Shown one piece after another: positions 18,343 through 26,350 of a stretch of DNA of 51,639 nt. A program made the position numbers and the translations under genes. This DNA is from Candidatus Aminicenantes bacterium. GTDB lineage: Bacteria; Acidobacteriota; Aminicenantia; Aminicenantales; Saccharicenantaceae. The DNA is taken from positions 1-51,639 of the forward strand of contig JADGNU010000002.1 in NCBI GenBank assembly GCA_017883305.1. The letters run 5' to 3'. The first letter of the stretch is position 1; every line of letters begins with the position of its first letter. The notes under the pieces were generated by a model. The model saw only the letters and a list, made by a program, of their open reading frames with translations, did not search any database and had not been told where the DNA came from.

Positions 18343-18635
18343 CTCTGCTCCTCCACCATGACGATGCACTTGGCCGGGCATTCCTCGGCGCAGATGCCGC
18401 AGCCCTTGCAGTAGTCGTAGTCCACGACCGGCCACTCGTCCACGACCTCGATCGAGGGCTCGGGACAGAACTTCCAGCAGATGCCGCACTTGATGCACTT
18501 GCTGCGATCGATCTCGGGCCGGATGTTCCGCCAGGCCCCGGTCAGGTTGTGGGTCTGGTGGCCGACCGAGCAGATCATGACCGGCATCTCCTCGGCCGAC
18601 TTGAAGACGATCTTTTTTGCTTTCTTGGGTCTCAT
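18339..18635 (-). CDS. porD: 2-oxoacid:ferredoxin oxidoreductase, delta subunit (2x[4Fe-4S])
   Basis: Motifs CIKCGICWKFCP and CKGCGICAEECP in a 98-aa product. It overlaps the alpha-subunit start by 4 nt. Confidence 0.85.
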   Translation of the reverse strand: MRPKKAKKIVFKSAEEMPVMICSVGHQTHNLTGAWRNIRPEIDRSKCIKCGICWKFCPEPSIEVVDEWPVVDYDYCKGCGICAEECPAKCIVMVEEQR

Positions 18636-18647
18636 GGCGTCCTTCCC

Positions 18648-19190
18648 TCAGGCCATCTCGTACGCTTCCGTTGCGGCCTTGACGTTGTCCTCGGCCTTGA
18701 TGGGGACCCCGTCACGGATGGCCGCGGCCAGGGACTCGAGCCGGGCCAGTCCGAGGATCTTGGTGACCGCCCCGGCGATGGCCGTGTTGACGATCGGTGT
18801 CGCCAGGCTGCCGAGCTTGTGCTTGACGGCGATGGCCGTGGCGTCGATCGTCCGGACCTTGAACTTGCCGTGGAAGGGGAAGTCCTCGGGCCGGCGGTCG
18901 CTGTTGATGATGATCGTGCCGCCCGGCTTGAGGCCCTCGGTGATGTCGATGGCCTCGACCAGGGTCGGATCGACGACGACGACGTGGTCGGGCGTGTAGA
19001 TGCGGCTCTTATCGTAGATCTGCTTGTCATCGATGCGGATGAAGGCGACGACCGGCGAGCCGCGCCGCTCGACACCGAACTCCGGGTAGGCCTGGACCCA
19101 CTTGTCCTCTTTGGCGATGGCGTCGGCCAGGATCTTAGAGGCGACGACGGTCCCTTGGCCGCCGCGGCCGTGGAAACGGATTTCGACCAT
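18648..19190 (-). CDS. porG: 2-oxoacid:ferredoxin oxidoreductase, gamma subunit
   Basis: The N-terminus MVEIRFHGRGGQGTVVASKILA is typical of gamma subunits. The gamma-delta-alpha-beta order is typical of four-subunit POR/VOR enzymes. Confidence 0.85.
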   Translation of the reverse strand: MVEIRFHGRGGQGTVVASKILADAIAKEDKWVQAYPEFGVERRGSPVVAFIRIDDKQIYDKSRIYTPDHVVVVDPTLVEAIDITEGLKPGGTIIINSDRRPEDFPFHGKFKVRTIDATAIAVKHKLGSLATPIVNTAIAGAVTKILGLARLESLAAAIRDGVPIKAEDNVKAATEAYEMA

Positions 19191-19223
19191 GGGCCTCTCC
19201 TTGATGGTGATGAATGACTCGTT

Positions 19224-19252
19224 ATTATATGCCCCCCGGAAGGGCGGGTCAA
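19224..19252 (-). promoter_or_regulatory. sigma70-type promoter (TTGACC-17-TATAAT) for the oxidoreductase operon
   Basis: On the minus strand the -35 is at 19252-19247 and the -10 at 19229-19224. The RBS aaggagag precedes the ATG at 19190. Confidence 0.6.
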
Positions 19253-19365
19253 TCGGCCCGTCCGGCCTTGACAGCTTGGCGCAAGCGGCGACATGTTCGG
19301 GTCGCTCGACCTAACAGACTATCGCTGGACCGGCGCGACGAAGAGCTGATCGACGGGCCTCGCCG

Positions 19366-20223
19366 CTAGAGAACGGCGGCGTTGAACGTGTCGCCCTGAC
19401 GGATATCCCCCGTCTCGAAGCCCTTGCGGAACCAGCGGACGCGCTGTTCCGATGTTCCGTGGGTAAAGGCGTCCGGCACGACGTAGCCCTGGGTCTGCTT
19501 CATGATCCGGTCGTCGCCGACCGCGCTGGCGGCATTGAGCCCTTCTTCGATGTCGCCCTGTTCGAGGAAATTCCCTTCCTGGTCGGCGTAATGGGCCCAG
19601 ACTCCGGCCAGAAAATCGGCCTGGAGCTCCATGCGGACCATGAGCGTGTTGAACTCCTTCTCGGTCATCCGGCCGCGCCGGGCCATGACCTGGTCGTTGA
19701 TGCCGAGCAGGTTCTGGACGTGGTGGCCGAACTCGTGGGCCAGGACGTAGGCCCGGGCGAAATCGCCCGGCGCGCCGAGCTCACGCTGCATGTCCTCCAA
19801 GAACGACAGGTCGATGTAGACTTTCGAATCTTCGGGACAATAGAACGGACCAGACGACGCGCCGGCGACGCCGCAGGCGGAATCGGTTTGGCCGGTGAAG
19901 AGGACGAGCTTCGGATCGACGTAGGACTGGCCCATCTCCTGGAATCTCGCCCGCCAGACGTTCTCGATATCCTTCAGGACGGTGGAGATGAAGTCGCCCA
20001 TCTCCTTGTCCTTTGGGCTGAGGGTCGTGCCGGCCCCCGCTGTGGACGGCTGGTCGACCTGGAGGTTCTGTGTGATATCTGACGGGTTGCCGCCCAGGAG
20101 AAAATAGAGGATGGCGATGACCACGCCCAATCCGCCGATGCCGCCGCCGACTGCGAGGCCGCGGCCGCTGACACCCCTCCGGTCCTCGACGTTATCGCTT
20201 TTCGGTCTTCCTTGCCATCTCAT
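19366..20223 (-). CDS. ypfJ: YpfJ-family neutral zinc metallopeptidase
   Basis: The N-terminus MRWQGRPKSDNVEDRRG is followed by a TM helix and the motif GPFYCP. A HExxH motif lies within AHEFGHHVQN. Confidence 0.8.
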   Translation of the reverse strand: MRWQGRPKSDNVEDRRGVSGRGLAVGGGIGGLGVVIAILYFLLGGNPSDITQNLQVDQPSTAGAGTTLSPKDKEMGDFISTVLKDIENVWRARFQEMGQSYVDPKLVLFTGQTDSACGVAGASSGPFYCPEDSKVYIDLSFLEDMQRELGAPGDFARAYVLAHEFGHHVQNLLGINDQVMARRGRMTEKEFNTLMVRMELQADFLAGVWAHYADQEGNFLEQGDIEEGLNAASAVGDDRIMKQTQGYVVPDAFTHGTSEQRVRWFRKGFETGDIRQGDTFNAAVL

Positions 20224-20238
20224 GGTGTCCCTCCTTCC

Positions 20239-21087
20239 TTAACTCGCGGCCTGGGCTTCGTAAAGCTTCTTCAGCATGACCGCGTCGCCCTCGAGATTGG
20301 GGCTCTCGCAGATAATCAAGCCCTCGACGCCGAGGTCGCGCAGAACCTCCAGCCATTCGTCGTAGCGAAATTCCGTCTCCTCGAGGTTGAGATGCCTGAT
20401 CTCGCCCTTGTCCCCGAATTGGATCCCGGCGATGTGGATGTGAGCGTTGCGCAGCGACCGGGGTCCGAGCTTGCGCGCCACCTTGTTCAGGACGCGCTCG
20501 AAATCCAGGTAGGAATTGACCTTGCCCTCGCGGGCGTAAAGATGCGAGAAATCGAGACAGGGCTGGAGCCCGTCGATGTCGCGGCAGAGCGCCAGGACCT
20601 CGTCGAGCGAGCCGAACTGGGAGCGCTTGCCCATCGTCTCGACGCGCAGCGTGATCGCCAGGCGCTCGGACCGGACGATGGATTGGACCGCGGCCAGCTC
20701 CCGCTTCACGGCGGCGTAGGTCGCCTCGGCTGAGTCTTGGCCGTAGAAGGCCGCGTGGAAGACGGCGCTCACCGCGCCGCAGGCGGCTCCGACGCGGGCC
20801 GTTTTGAGCAGCCGTTCCTGGCTCTGCAGCCGGATGCCGGGGTTCTCGGAGTTGAAGTTGATGTGATAAGGGGCGTGGACGCTCAACCTGACGCCCGTCT
20901 TTTGCGCCTTCTCGCGGACCTTGGCCGCCGTGTCGAAGCCCATCTTGACGCCGTTGACGAACTCGATCTCCAGGCCGTCGAGCCCCAGGCCCTTGATGCG
21001 GTCGATCCCCGCCAGGCTCGAGTCTTCGGCGGCGGAAAAGGGGACACCGGCTGTGCCGAAGAGAAGTCCCTTAGCCGCACTCGCCAT
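20239..21087 (-). CDS. xylose-isomerase-like TIM-barrel protein (AP endonuclease family 2 / endonuclease-IV-like)
   Basis: I chose the start [14 protein letters not shown] at 21087. [11 protein letters not shown] resembles the Endo IV HxxYLINL motif, and there are further His/Asp/Glu metal-ligand-like positions (FHAAFY, RVETMG, LDFSHL, HIHIAG, ICESP). It overlaps the thiC 3' end by 17 nt. Confidence 0.6.
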   Translation of the reverse strand: MASAAKGLLFGTAGVPFSAAEDSSLAGIDRIKGLGLDGLEIEFVNGVKMGFDTAAKVREKAQKTGVRLSVHAPYHINFNSENPGIRLQSQERLLKTARVGAACGAVSAVFHAAFYGQDSAEATYAAVKRELAAVQSIVRSERLAITLRVETMGKRSQFGSLDEVLALCRDIDGLQPCLDFSHLYAREGKVNSYLDFERVLNKVARKLGPRSLRNAHIHIAGIQFGDKGEIRHLNLEETEFRYDEWLEVLRDLGVEGLIICESPNLEGDAVMLKKLYEAQAAS

Positions 21088-22378
21088 CGGGCTTCTCCCC
21101 GGAGCCGAGGAATTCGCTGACGATGCGCATGGCGCAGAAATCGCCGCACATGGAGCAGGCCTTGCTCCGGGTCCTCCGCCGCTTCCGCACGGCCGCGAAC
21201 TTGACCGGGTCGATGGCCAGCCGCTGCTGCGTCTTCCAATCGAGGCGCTTCCGGGCCCGGGTGAGCTCGAGGTCGCGTTCGAGGGCGCCGGGAACGCCCT
21301 TGACGATGTCGGCCGCGTGGGCCGCGATCTTCGACGCGACAAGCCCTTCGCGGACGTCGTCGTCGCTCGGCAGGCCGAGATGCTCGGCCGGGGTGACGTA
21401 GCACAGGAAATCGGCTCCGGCCGCCGCGGCCACGGCCCCGCCGATGGCCGCGACGATGTGATCGTAGCCAGGGGCGATGTCGGTGACGAGCGGGCCGAGG
21501 ACATAGAACGGCGCGCCGTCGCAGACCCGTTTCTCGAGGCGCATGTTCATCTCGACCTGGTCGAGCGGCACGTGGCCCGGCCCTTCGACCATGACCTGGA
21601 CGCCGGCCTCTCTCGAGCGCTTGACCAGCTCGCCCAAGGTCAGCAACTCCTCGATCTGCGGCCGGTCGGTCGCATCAAGAACGGAACCCGGCCGGAGCCC
21701 GTCCCCCAGGCTGAGCGTCACGTCATGGCGATGCGCGATCTCGAGAAGGCGATCGAACCGGGCATAGAAGGGGTTCTCTTTCCCGTTGTGGAGCATCCAG
21801 GCGACGAGAAAAGCCCCGCCGCGGGAAACGACGTCGGCGACCCGGCCCTGCTTCTTAAGGCGTTCGATGGCCTTCAGGGTCAGACCGCTGTGGACGGTCA
21901 TGAAATCGACGCCCTCGCGGGCCTGCGAATCGACCGCTTCGAACAGATCGTCCTCGGTCATGTCGACGATGGACTCGCGGCGTTCGATGGCCAGGACGGC
22001 GGCCTGGTAGATGGGGACGGTCCCCAAGGGGATGGGCGTCCGGGCCAGAATGGCCTTGCGGATCTTCTTCAGGTCGCCGCCCGTGCTCAGGTCCATCAGG
22101 GCGTCGGCCCCGTACTGCAGGCTGATCCGGACCTTGCGCAGCTCGTCGGCGAGGAGCGGAAAATCGCGGGAGGTGCCGAGATTGACGTTGACCTTGGTCC
22201 GCAGCCCCCGGCCGATCCCTGAAGGCCTGTCCGGGGCGTGATGCGGATTGTAAGGGATGACGACCAGACCGCGGCCGACGAGATCAGCCAGTTTCTCCGG
22301 AGCGACGCCCTCGATCCTGGCGACCTTTTTCAGGACTGGGCTGAGGAGGCCTTTCTTTGCTTTTTCAGTCTGTGTCAT
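21071..22378 (-). CDS. thiC: phosphomethylpyrimidine synthase ThiC (short, anaerobe/archaeal-type)
   Basis: The 435-aa product carries ThiC-like blocks ([54 protein letters not shown]) and a C-terminal cluster motif [10 protein letters not shown]. Confidence 0.85.
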   Translation of the reverse strand: MTQTEKAKKGLLSPVLKKVARIEGVAPEKLADLVGRGLVVIPYNPHHAPDRPSGIGRGLRTKVNVNLGTSRDFPLLADELRKVRISLQYGADALMDLSTGGDLKKIRKAILARTPIPLGTVPIYQAAVLAIERRESIVDMTEDDLFEAVDSQAREGVDFMTVHSGLTLKAIERLKKQGRVADVVSRGGAFLVAWMLHNGKENPFYARFDRLLEIAHRHDVTLSLGDGLRPGSVLDATDRPQIEELLTLGELVKRSREAGVQVMVEGPGHVPLDQVEMNMRLEKRVCDGAPFYVLGPLVTDIAPGYDHIVAAIGGAVAAAAGADFLCYVTPAEHLGLPSDDDVREGLVASKIAAHAADIVKGVPGALERDLELTRARKRLDWKTQQRLAIDPVKFAAVRKRRRTRSKACSMCGDFCAMRIVSEFLGSGEKPDGECG

Positions 22379-22413
22379 GGTGGATCGAGTGCGTCTTTCA
22401 GAATGGGATTCAA

Positions 22414-22442
22414 AGTATAGAGGAGGCCCCTCGGACTGTCAA
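22414..22442 (-). promoter_or_regulatory. sigma70-type promoter (TTGACA-17-TATACT) close to the thiC start
   Basis: On the minus strand the -35 is at 22442-22437 and the -10 at 22419-22414. This would leave a 5' UTR of only about 30 nt before the thiC ATG at 22378. Confidence 0.5.
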
Positions 22443-22471
22443 GAAAGCGGACGGCGCGCCAAGGATTAGTC

Positions 22472-22567
22472 GGGGCTCATTTCGCCTCACCCCAAAGGGT
22501 GATGTCCGAGGGTGATATTTCACCCCCGCTTTCATCCGGGCCGACGATTGTCCGTCAGGGGAGCCCC
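22472..22567 (-). other. 96-nt structured element: four hairpins closed by a 7-bp helix; candidate cis-regulatory RNA or ncRNA of unknown class
   Basis: The closing helix pairs GGGGCTC (22472-22478) with GAGCCCC (22561-22567). The internal hairpins lie at 22489-22500, 22511-22524, 22525-22540 and 22541-22558. One stem contains a pair that is G:U on the minus-strand reading but A:C on the plus-strand reading, which is a weak hint for the minus strand. Confidence 0.4.
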
Positions 22568-22682
22568 CCCTATCATGGACCTGCCATGCGACGGAATGCG
22601 CCCGCTTCTCTTCCGGCCGATCGTCCGGCCGCCTGTCCGCCATCCCGTCGTACCCACTAGCCGACAAGACGCCAGACATTTT

Positions 22683-22705
22683 CGCCGCGAGGTGCGGCGT
22701 TTTAT
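22683..22705 (+). terminator. candidate intrinsic terminator or attenuator upstream of wzx
   Basis: CGCCGC-GAGGT-GCGGCG is followed by TTTTAT. The T-run is present only on the plus-strand reading. The hairpin lies 43 nt upstream of the wzx ATG. Confidence 0.4.
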
Positions 22706-22748
22706 CCAACGGCGGTAGCCTGCCGCGAAAGGTCTATCTGTCCGCCCC

Positions 22749-24284
22749 ATGGACGTCCCCAACAAGCTCATCGCCAGGAACACGGTCCTGAACCTCGTGG
22801 GGCTCGTCGTCCCCCTGGCCGTCGGGTTCGTCACCATCCCGATGGTCGTCCGGGCCCTGGGCAACGAGCGCTTCGGCATCCTGGCCCTGGTCTGGGTCGT
22901 GTTCGGCTATTTCGGCCTGTTCGATCTCGGCCTCGGCCGGACGACGACCCGCTACGTCGCCGACTGCCTCGGCCGGAACGAGCCGGACAAGCTGCCCGGC
23001 TATCTCTGGACGACTATCGCGCTGCAGACGGCGATCGGGATCGCCGCCGCCTGTCTCTCGCATCTGGCCGCGCCGCTCATCGTCCGGCGCATCCTCAACA
23101 TCCCGTCCGGCTTCGAGGCCGAGACCATCCTGACCCTCCGCCTCGTCGGCTGGTCGCTTCCGGTTATGTTCGTCGCGTCGTCTTTCCGCGGGGTCCTCGA
23201 GGCGGCCCAGCGCTTCGACCTCGTCAACGCCGTCAAGGTCCCGGTGAACATCCTGTTCTACATCCTGCCGCTCGCCGGCGTGGCCATGGGCTTTGCCCTC
23301 CCCGGGATCGTCGTCCTGCTCGTCCTCTCCCGGGCGGCGGCCCTCCTCGTCTGGGGGGGGCTGGCCCTGCGCGTCCTGCCCCCCCTGCGGACGAAGCCCG
23401 TCCCGCGCCGCGAGCTCGTGCGTCCGCTGTTTTCGTTCAGCGGCTGGCTGGGGCTCTCGGGCATCCTCTACGCCGTGACGACGTCGCTCGACCGGCTCAT
23501 CATCGGCTCGCTCATCACGGTCGAGGCCGTGACCTTCTACAGCGCCCCTTACGAGGCCATCAATCGGCTCGGGGTGGTTCCCGGCAGCCTATCGATGGTC
23601 CTCTTCCCGGCCTTCAGCCTGCTCGACGCCGGCGGGCGCGAGGACCGGTCGGAGACGCTCTTCGCCCGGTCGTCGAAATTCCTTCTCCTCTCGACCGGCC
23701 CGATCTTCATCCTGCTCATGGCCTTCGCCGGCGATTTCCTCCGGCTCTGGCTCGGGCCGGATTTCGCCGTCCAGAGCACGTTCGTCGTCCAGGTCCTGGC
23801 GGCGGCCTTCCTGCTCAACACCATTTCGGCCGTGCCTAACAGCTACCTCATCGGCATCGGACGGGTCGATCTCGCCCCGAAGTACCAGGCCGTCGAGCTG
23901 GTCGTTTTTGCCGGCCTGATCTTCGCCGGGGCCAAGCTTTGGGGGATCAAGGGCGTGGCCCTGGCCACGGCCGTGCGGCTCGTTGCCTTCACCGCATTCC
24001 TGGTCATTGCTTCGGTCAAGGCGGGCCGCATCCGTCCGGGCTTCATCTGGAAGAACGGCTTGGGCAAGGTCGTCGCCGCGCTCGCGCTTTTCGCTGTGGC
24101 CCTGGCCGTCAATGGCGTCCTCGGCGGCGGCCTGTGGGGCGCCGGGGCCTGCCTCCTGGTCCTGGCCGCGGCGGCCTACTCCCGGCTTCTCGACGGCGAA
24201 GAGCGGGCCTTCATCGCCCGGTCGCTCCACCTCCGCCGCGCGGCCGCCCCGGCCGAAGCTGCGGGACCGGAGGGCGGCCGATGA
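22749..24284 (+). CDS. wzx: polysaccharide flippase (Wzx, MOP superfamily)
   Basis: The 511-aa product has about 12-14 TM segments. The N-terminus ARNTVLNLVGLVVPLAVGFVTIPMVVRALGNERFGIL is typical of polysaccharide-biosynthesis (PST) flippases. Confidence 0.8.
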   Translation: MDVPNKLIARNTVLNLVGLVVPLAVGFVTIPMVVRALGNERFGILALVWVVFGYFGLFDLGLGRTTTRYVADCLGRNEPDKLPGYLWTTIALQTAIGIAAACLSHLAAPLIVRRILNIPSGFEAETILTLRLVGWSLPVMFVASSFRGVLEAAQRFDLVNAVKVPVNILFYILPLAGVAMGFALPGIVVLLVLSRAAALLVWGGLALRVLPPLRTKPVPRRELVRPLFSFSGWLGLSGILYAVTTSLDRLIIGSLITVEAVTFYSAPYEAINRLGVVPGSLSMVLFPAFSLLDAGGREDRSETLFARSSKFLLLSTGPIFILLMAFAGDFLRLWLGPDFAVQSTFVVQVLAAAFLLNTISAVPNSYLIGIGRVDLAPKYQAVELVVFAGLIFAGAKLWGIKGVALATAVRLVAFTAFLVIASVKAGRIRPGFIWKNGLGKVVAALALFAVALAVNGVLGGGLWGAGACLLVLAAAAYSRLLDGEERAFIARSLHLRRAAAPAEAAGPEGGR

Positions 24285-25450
24285 AACCTCGCGTCGCCGT
24301 CGTCCACCAGCAGCTCCTTCCCGGCGGCGGCTCGGAGGTCTGCGCCATGTGGACGCTCCAGGCCCTGGCTGACGAGTACCAGGCGACCCTGATCACGATG
24401 GGCCGTCCCGACATCGCGGCCCTCAATCGAAGCTGCGGCACGGCGGTCGACGAAGGCCGGATCGAAGTCCGGGCCCTGCCCATCCCGCCAGGCTTGCGCC
24501 GGCGCTTCGACGCGCTCCGGGGCGTCCGGCTCGATCGCTACTGCCGGCGCCATGCCGGCGAATTCGACGTCATGGTCTCCGCTTACAATGTCATGGATTT
24601 CGGCCTTCCCGGGATCCAGATCGTCGCCGATTTCTCTTTCGACGACGACCTCCGCCGCGAGGTCCACGCCGGGAGCGGCGCGGCCGACGGGGCCCTTTAT
24701 GCGGCCTCCGCCGGCCGGTCATTCTACATGGCCCTGGCCAGGGCCCTCTCCGGGAGATCCGAGGAAGGCTGGGCAAAGAACCGCACCCTGGCCGTTTCCG
24801 AATGGGTGCGGGGGCTGCTCAAAGACAGGTTCGATGTCGATTCGACGGTCCTCTATCCGCCCGTCTCGGTCGTCCCTCCCCGGATCCCCTGGGAGGACCG
24901 TGAGGACGGGTTCGTCGTCATGGGCCGGCTCGTCCCCGAAAAGGGCCTGCCCCTTGTCGTCGACATCCTCTCCGAGGTGCGCAAGGTGAAGCCGGTCCAC
25001 CTCCACATCCTCGGCCGCCCGGCGCGGGCCGCCTACGCCCGGGAGATCGAGCGCCTCTGCGGATCGAACCCAGGCTGGGTCCACCTCGAGGGCGAGATCT
25101 ACGGCCCCGAAAAGGACGCCTTCCTGGCCCGCCACAAGTACGGCATCTCCGGCTGCCGCGGCGAGGCCCTCGGCGTCGGGCTCGCGGAGATGGTCGTGTC
25201 CGGCGCGATCGTCTGGGTCCCCGACAGCGGCGGCCAGACCGAGGTCGTGACCGACGCGGCGTTGATCTACGCCGGGCGCGACGACGCCGTCTCGCGCATC
25301 GTGAACGTCATCACCGATGCCGGGCGCGAGACCGCGCTGAGGCGGCACCTCGAAGAGCGCGCGGCCGTGTTCTCCTCGTCCCGCTTCGTCTCCGGCCTGC
25401 GGGCCGTCGTCCGCGATTTTCTGACGGAAGGTCAGGGCCGTGGAGCATAG
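24281..25450 (+). CDS. glycosyltransferase (GT4/GT1-fold, group 1)
   Basis: The ATG at 24281 overlaps the wzx stop (ATGA). The product has the N-terminus MKPRVAVVHQQLLPGGGSEV and a C-terminal E-x7-E-like region (GCRGEALGVGLAEMVVSGAIV). Confidence 0.7.
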   Translation: MKPRVAVVHQQLLPGGGSEVCAMWTLQALADEYQATLITMGRPDIAALNRSCGTAVDEGRIEVRALPIPPGLRRRFDALRGVRLDRYCRRHAGEFDVMVSAYNVMDFGLPGIQIVADFSFDDDLRREVHAGSGAADGALYAASAGRSFYMALARALSGRSEEGWAKNRTLAVSEWVRGLLKDRFDVDSTVLYPPVSVVPPRIPWEDREDGFVVMGRLVPEKGLPLVVDILSEVRKVKPVHLHILGRPARAAYAREIERLCGSNPGWVHLEGEIYGPEKDAFLARHKYGISGCRGEALGVGLAEMVVSGAIVWVPDSGGQTEVVTDAALIYAGRDDAVSRIVNVITDAGRETALRRHLEERAAVFSSSRFVSGLRAVVRDFLTEGQGRGA

Positions 25451-26345
25451 GATCGCCTTCGTCGTGGCGACCAAAGACCGGCCGGAAGAGCTGCGGCGGC
25501 TCTGGCAGAGTCTTCTTCTTCAGAGCCGGGTCCCCGACGAGGTCGTCGTCGTCGACGCGAGTGCCCGTCCGTCGCCCGCGCCGGAAAGCGAAGGCGGCCG
25601 GCCCGTCCTTCGCGCGATCCGGACCGCGGCCGCTTCCGCCTCGCGCCAGCGCAACATCGGGCTCGACGCGGTCGGCCCGGACGCCACCCTCGTCGGCTTT
25701 CTCGACGACGATGCCGTCCTCGAATACGACGCCGTCGAGGAGATGCTCCGTTTCTGGACCCTGGCCGGACCGGACGTCGCCGGGGCCGCGTTCAACATGG
25801 CCAACCATCCGACGCTCGACTGGCCGGTCCTCAAGAGGACGCCCCTCGCGGCGGACCTCGGCCTTTACTCCGGCCGCGGCGGCCGGGTAACGGCCTCCGG
25901 GTTCCAGACGATGATCGGCCCTGTCGAGGCCACGACGTGGACCGAGTGGCTGCCGAGCGGGGCCTCCGTCTGGCGGCGCGACGTCTTCAGCCGCTTCCGC
26001 TTCGACGAGTGGTTTGACGGCTACAGCTACCTCGAGGACCTCGACTTCAGCTATCGCGTCGGCCGGGCTTCAAGGCTGGCCGTCGTCGCGCCGGCGCGCT
26101 ATCGGCACCTCCCCGCGGGCGGGGGCCGGGGCGGCGGCTATGTCTTCGGCGTCCGCGAGGTCCTCAACCGGACCCACTTCGTGAGCAAGTACCCTGGTCT
26201 CTCCCTGGCCAAGTGCCGGGCCGCCTTGACCCTGCGGCTCCTGATGAGCCTCGCCTTCGCCGTTCGCGAGCGGAAGACGACTTATGCCATTCGGGCCTTC
26301 GGCAACGCCGTCGGCCTCGTGAGGTCCGTGATCGGCGCCGCGTGA
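25440..26345 (+). CDS. glycosyltransferase family 2
   Basis: GTG start. IAFVVATKDRPEELRRLWQSL resembles the GT2 N-terminal strand, and DDD occurs within GFLDDDAV (DxD). Confidence 0.75.
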   Translation: MEHRIAFVVATKDRPEELRRLWQSLLLQSRVPDEVVVVDASARPSPAPESEGGRPVLRAIRTAAASASRQRNIGLDAVGPDATLVGFLDDDAVLEYDAVEEMLRFWTLAGPDVAGAAFNMANHPTLDWPVLKRTPLAADLGLYSGRGGRVTASGFQTMIGPVEATTWTEWLPSGASVWRRDVFSRFRFDEWFDGYSYLEDLDFSYRVGRASRLAVVAPARYRHLPAGGGRGGGYVFGVREVLNRTHFVSKYPGLSLAKCRAALTLRLLMSLAFAVRERKTTYAIRAFGNAVGLVRSVIGAA

Positions 26346-26350
26346 AACCC

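Noticed and set aside
22472-22567. Possible tRNA or tRNA-like cloverleaf (7-bp closing helix plus several hairpins).
   Set aside because: There is no T-loop (GTTCGAATC-like) adjacent to the 3' acceptor strand, no D-loop signature and four rather than three or four canonical arms. At 96 nt with the wrong spacing, it fits a tRNA on neither strand.
22379-22748. A canonical TPP riboswitch upstream of thiC. I also considered cobalamin (a GGACCTGCC string at about 22577-22585 resembles the B12-box end), SAM-I (a GGCCCGGATGAAAGC string on the minus strand), c-di-GMP and SRP RNA.
   Set aside because: Only isolated short strings match. The ordered conserved cores (CUGAGA ... ACCUGAUCUGG..GCG for TPP; GCCACUG plus the full B12 box for cobalamin; GAGGGA..GCAACC for SAM-I) are absent. 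The GGACCTGCC match is on the strand opposite to thiC. I left the element unassigned pending cmsearch.
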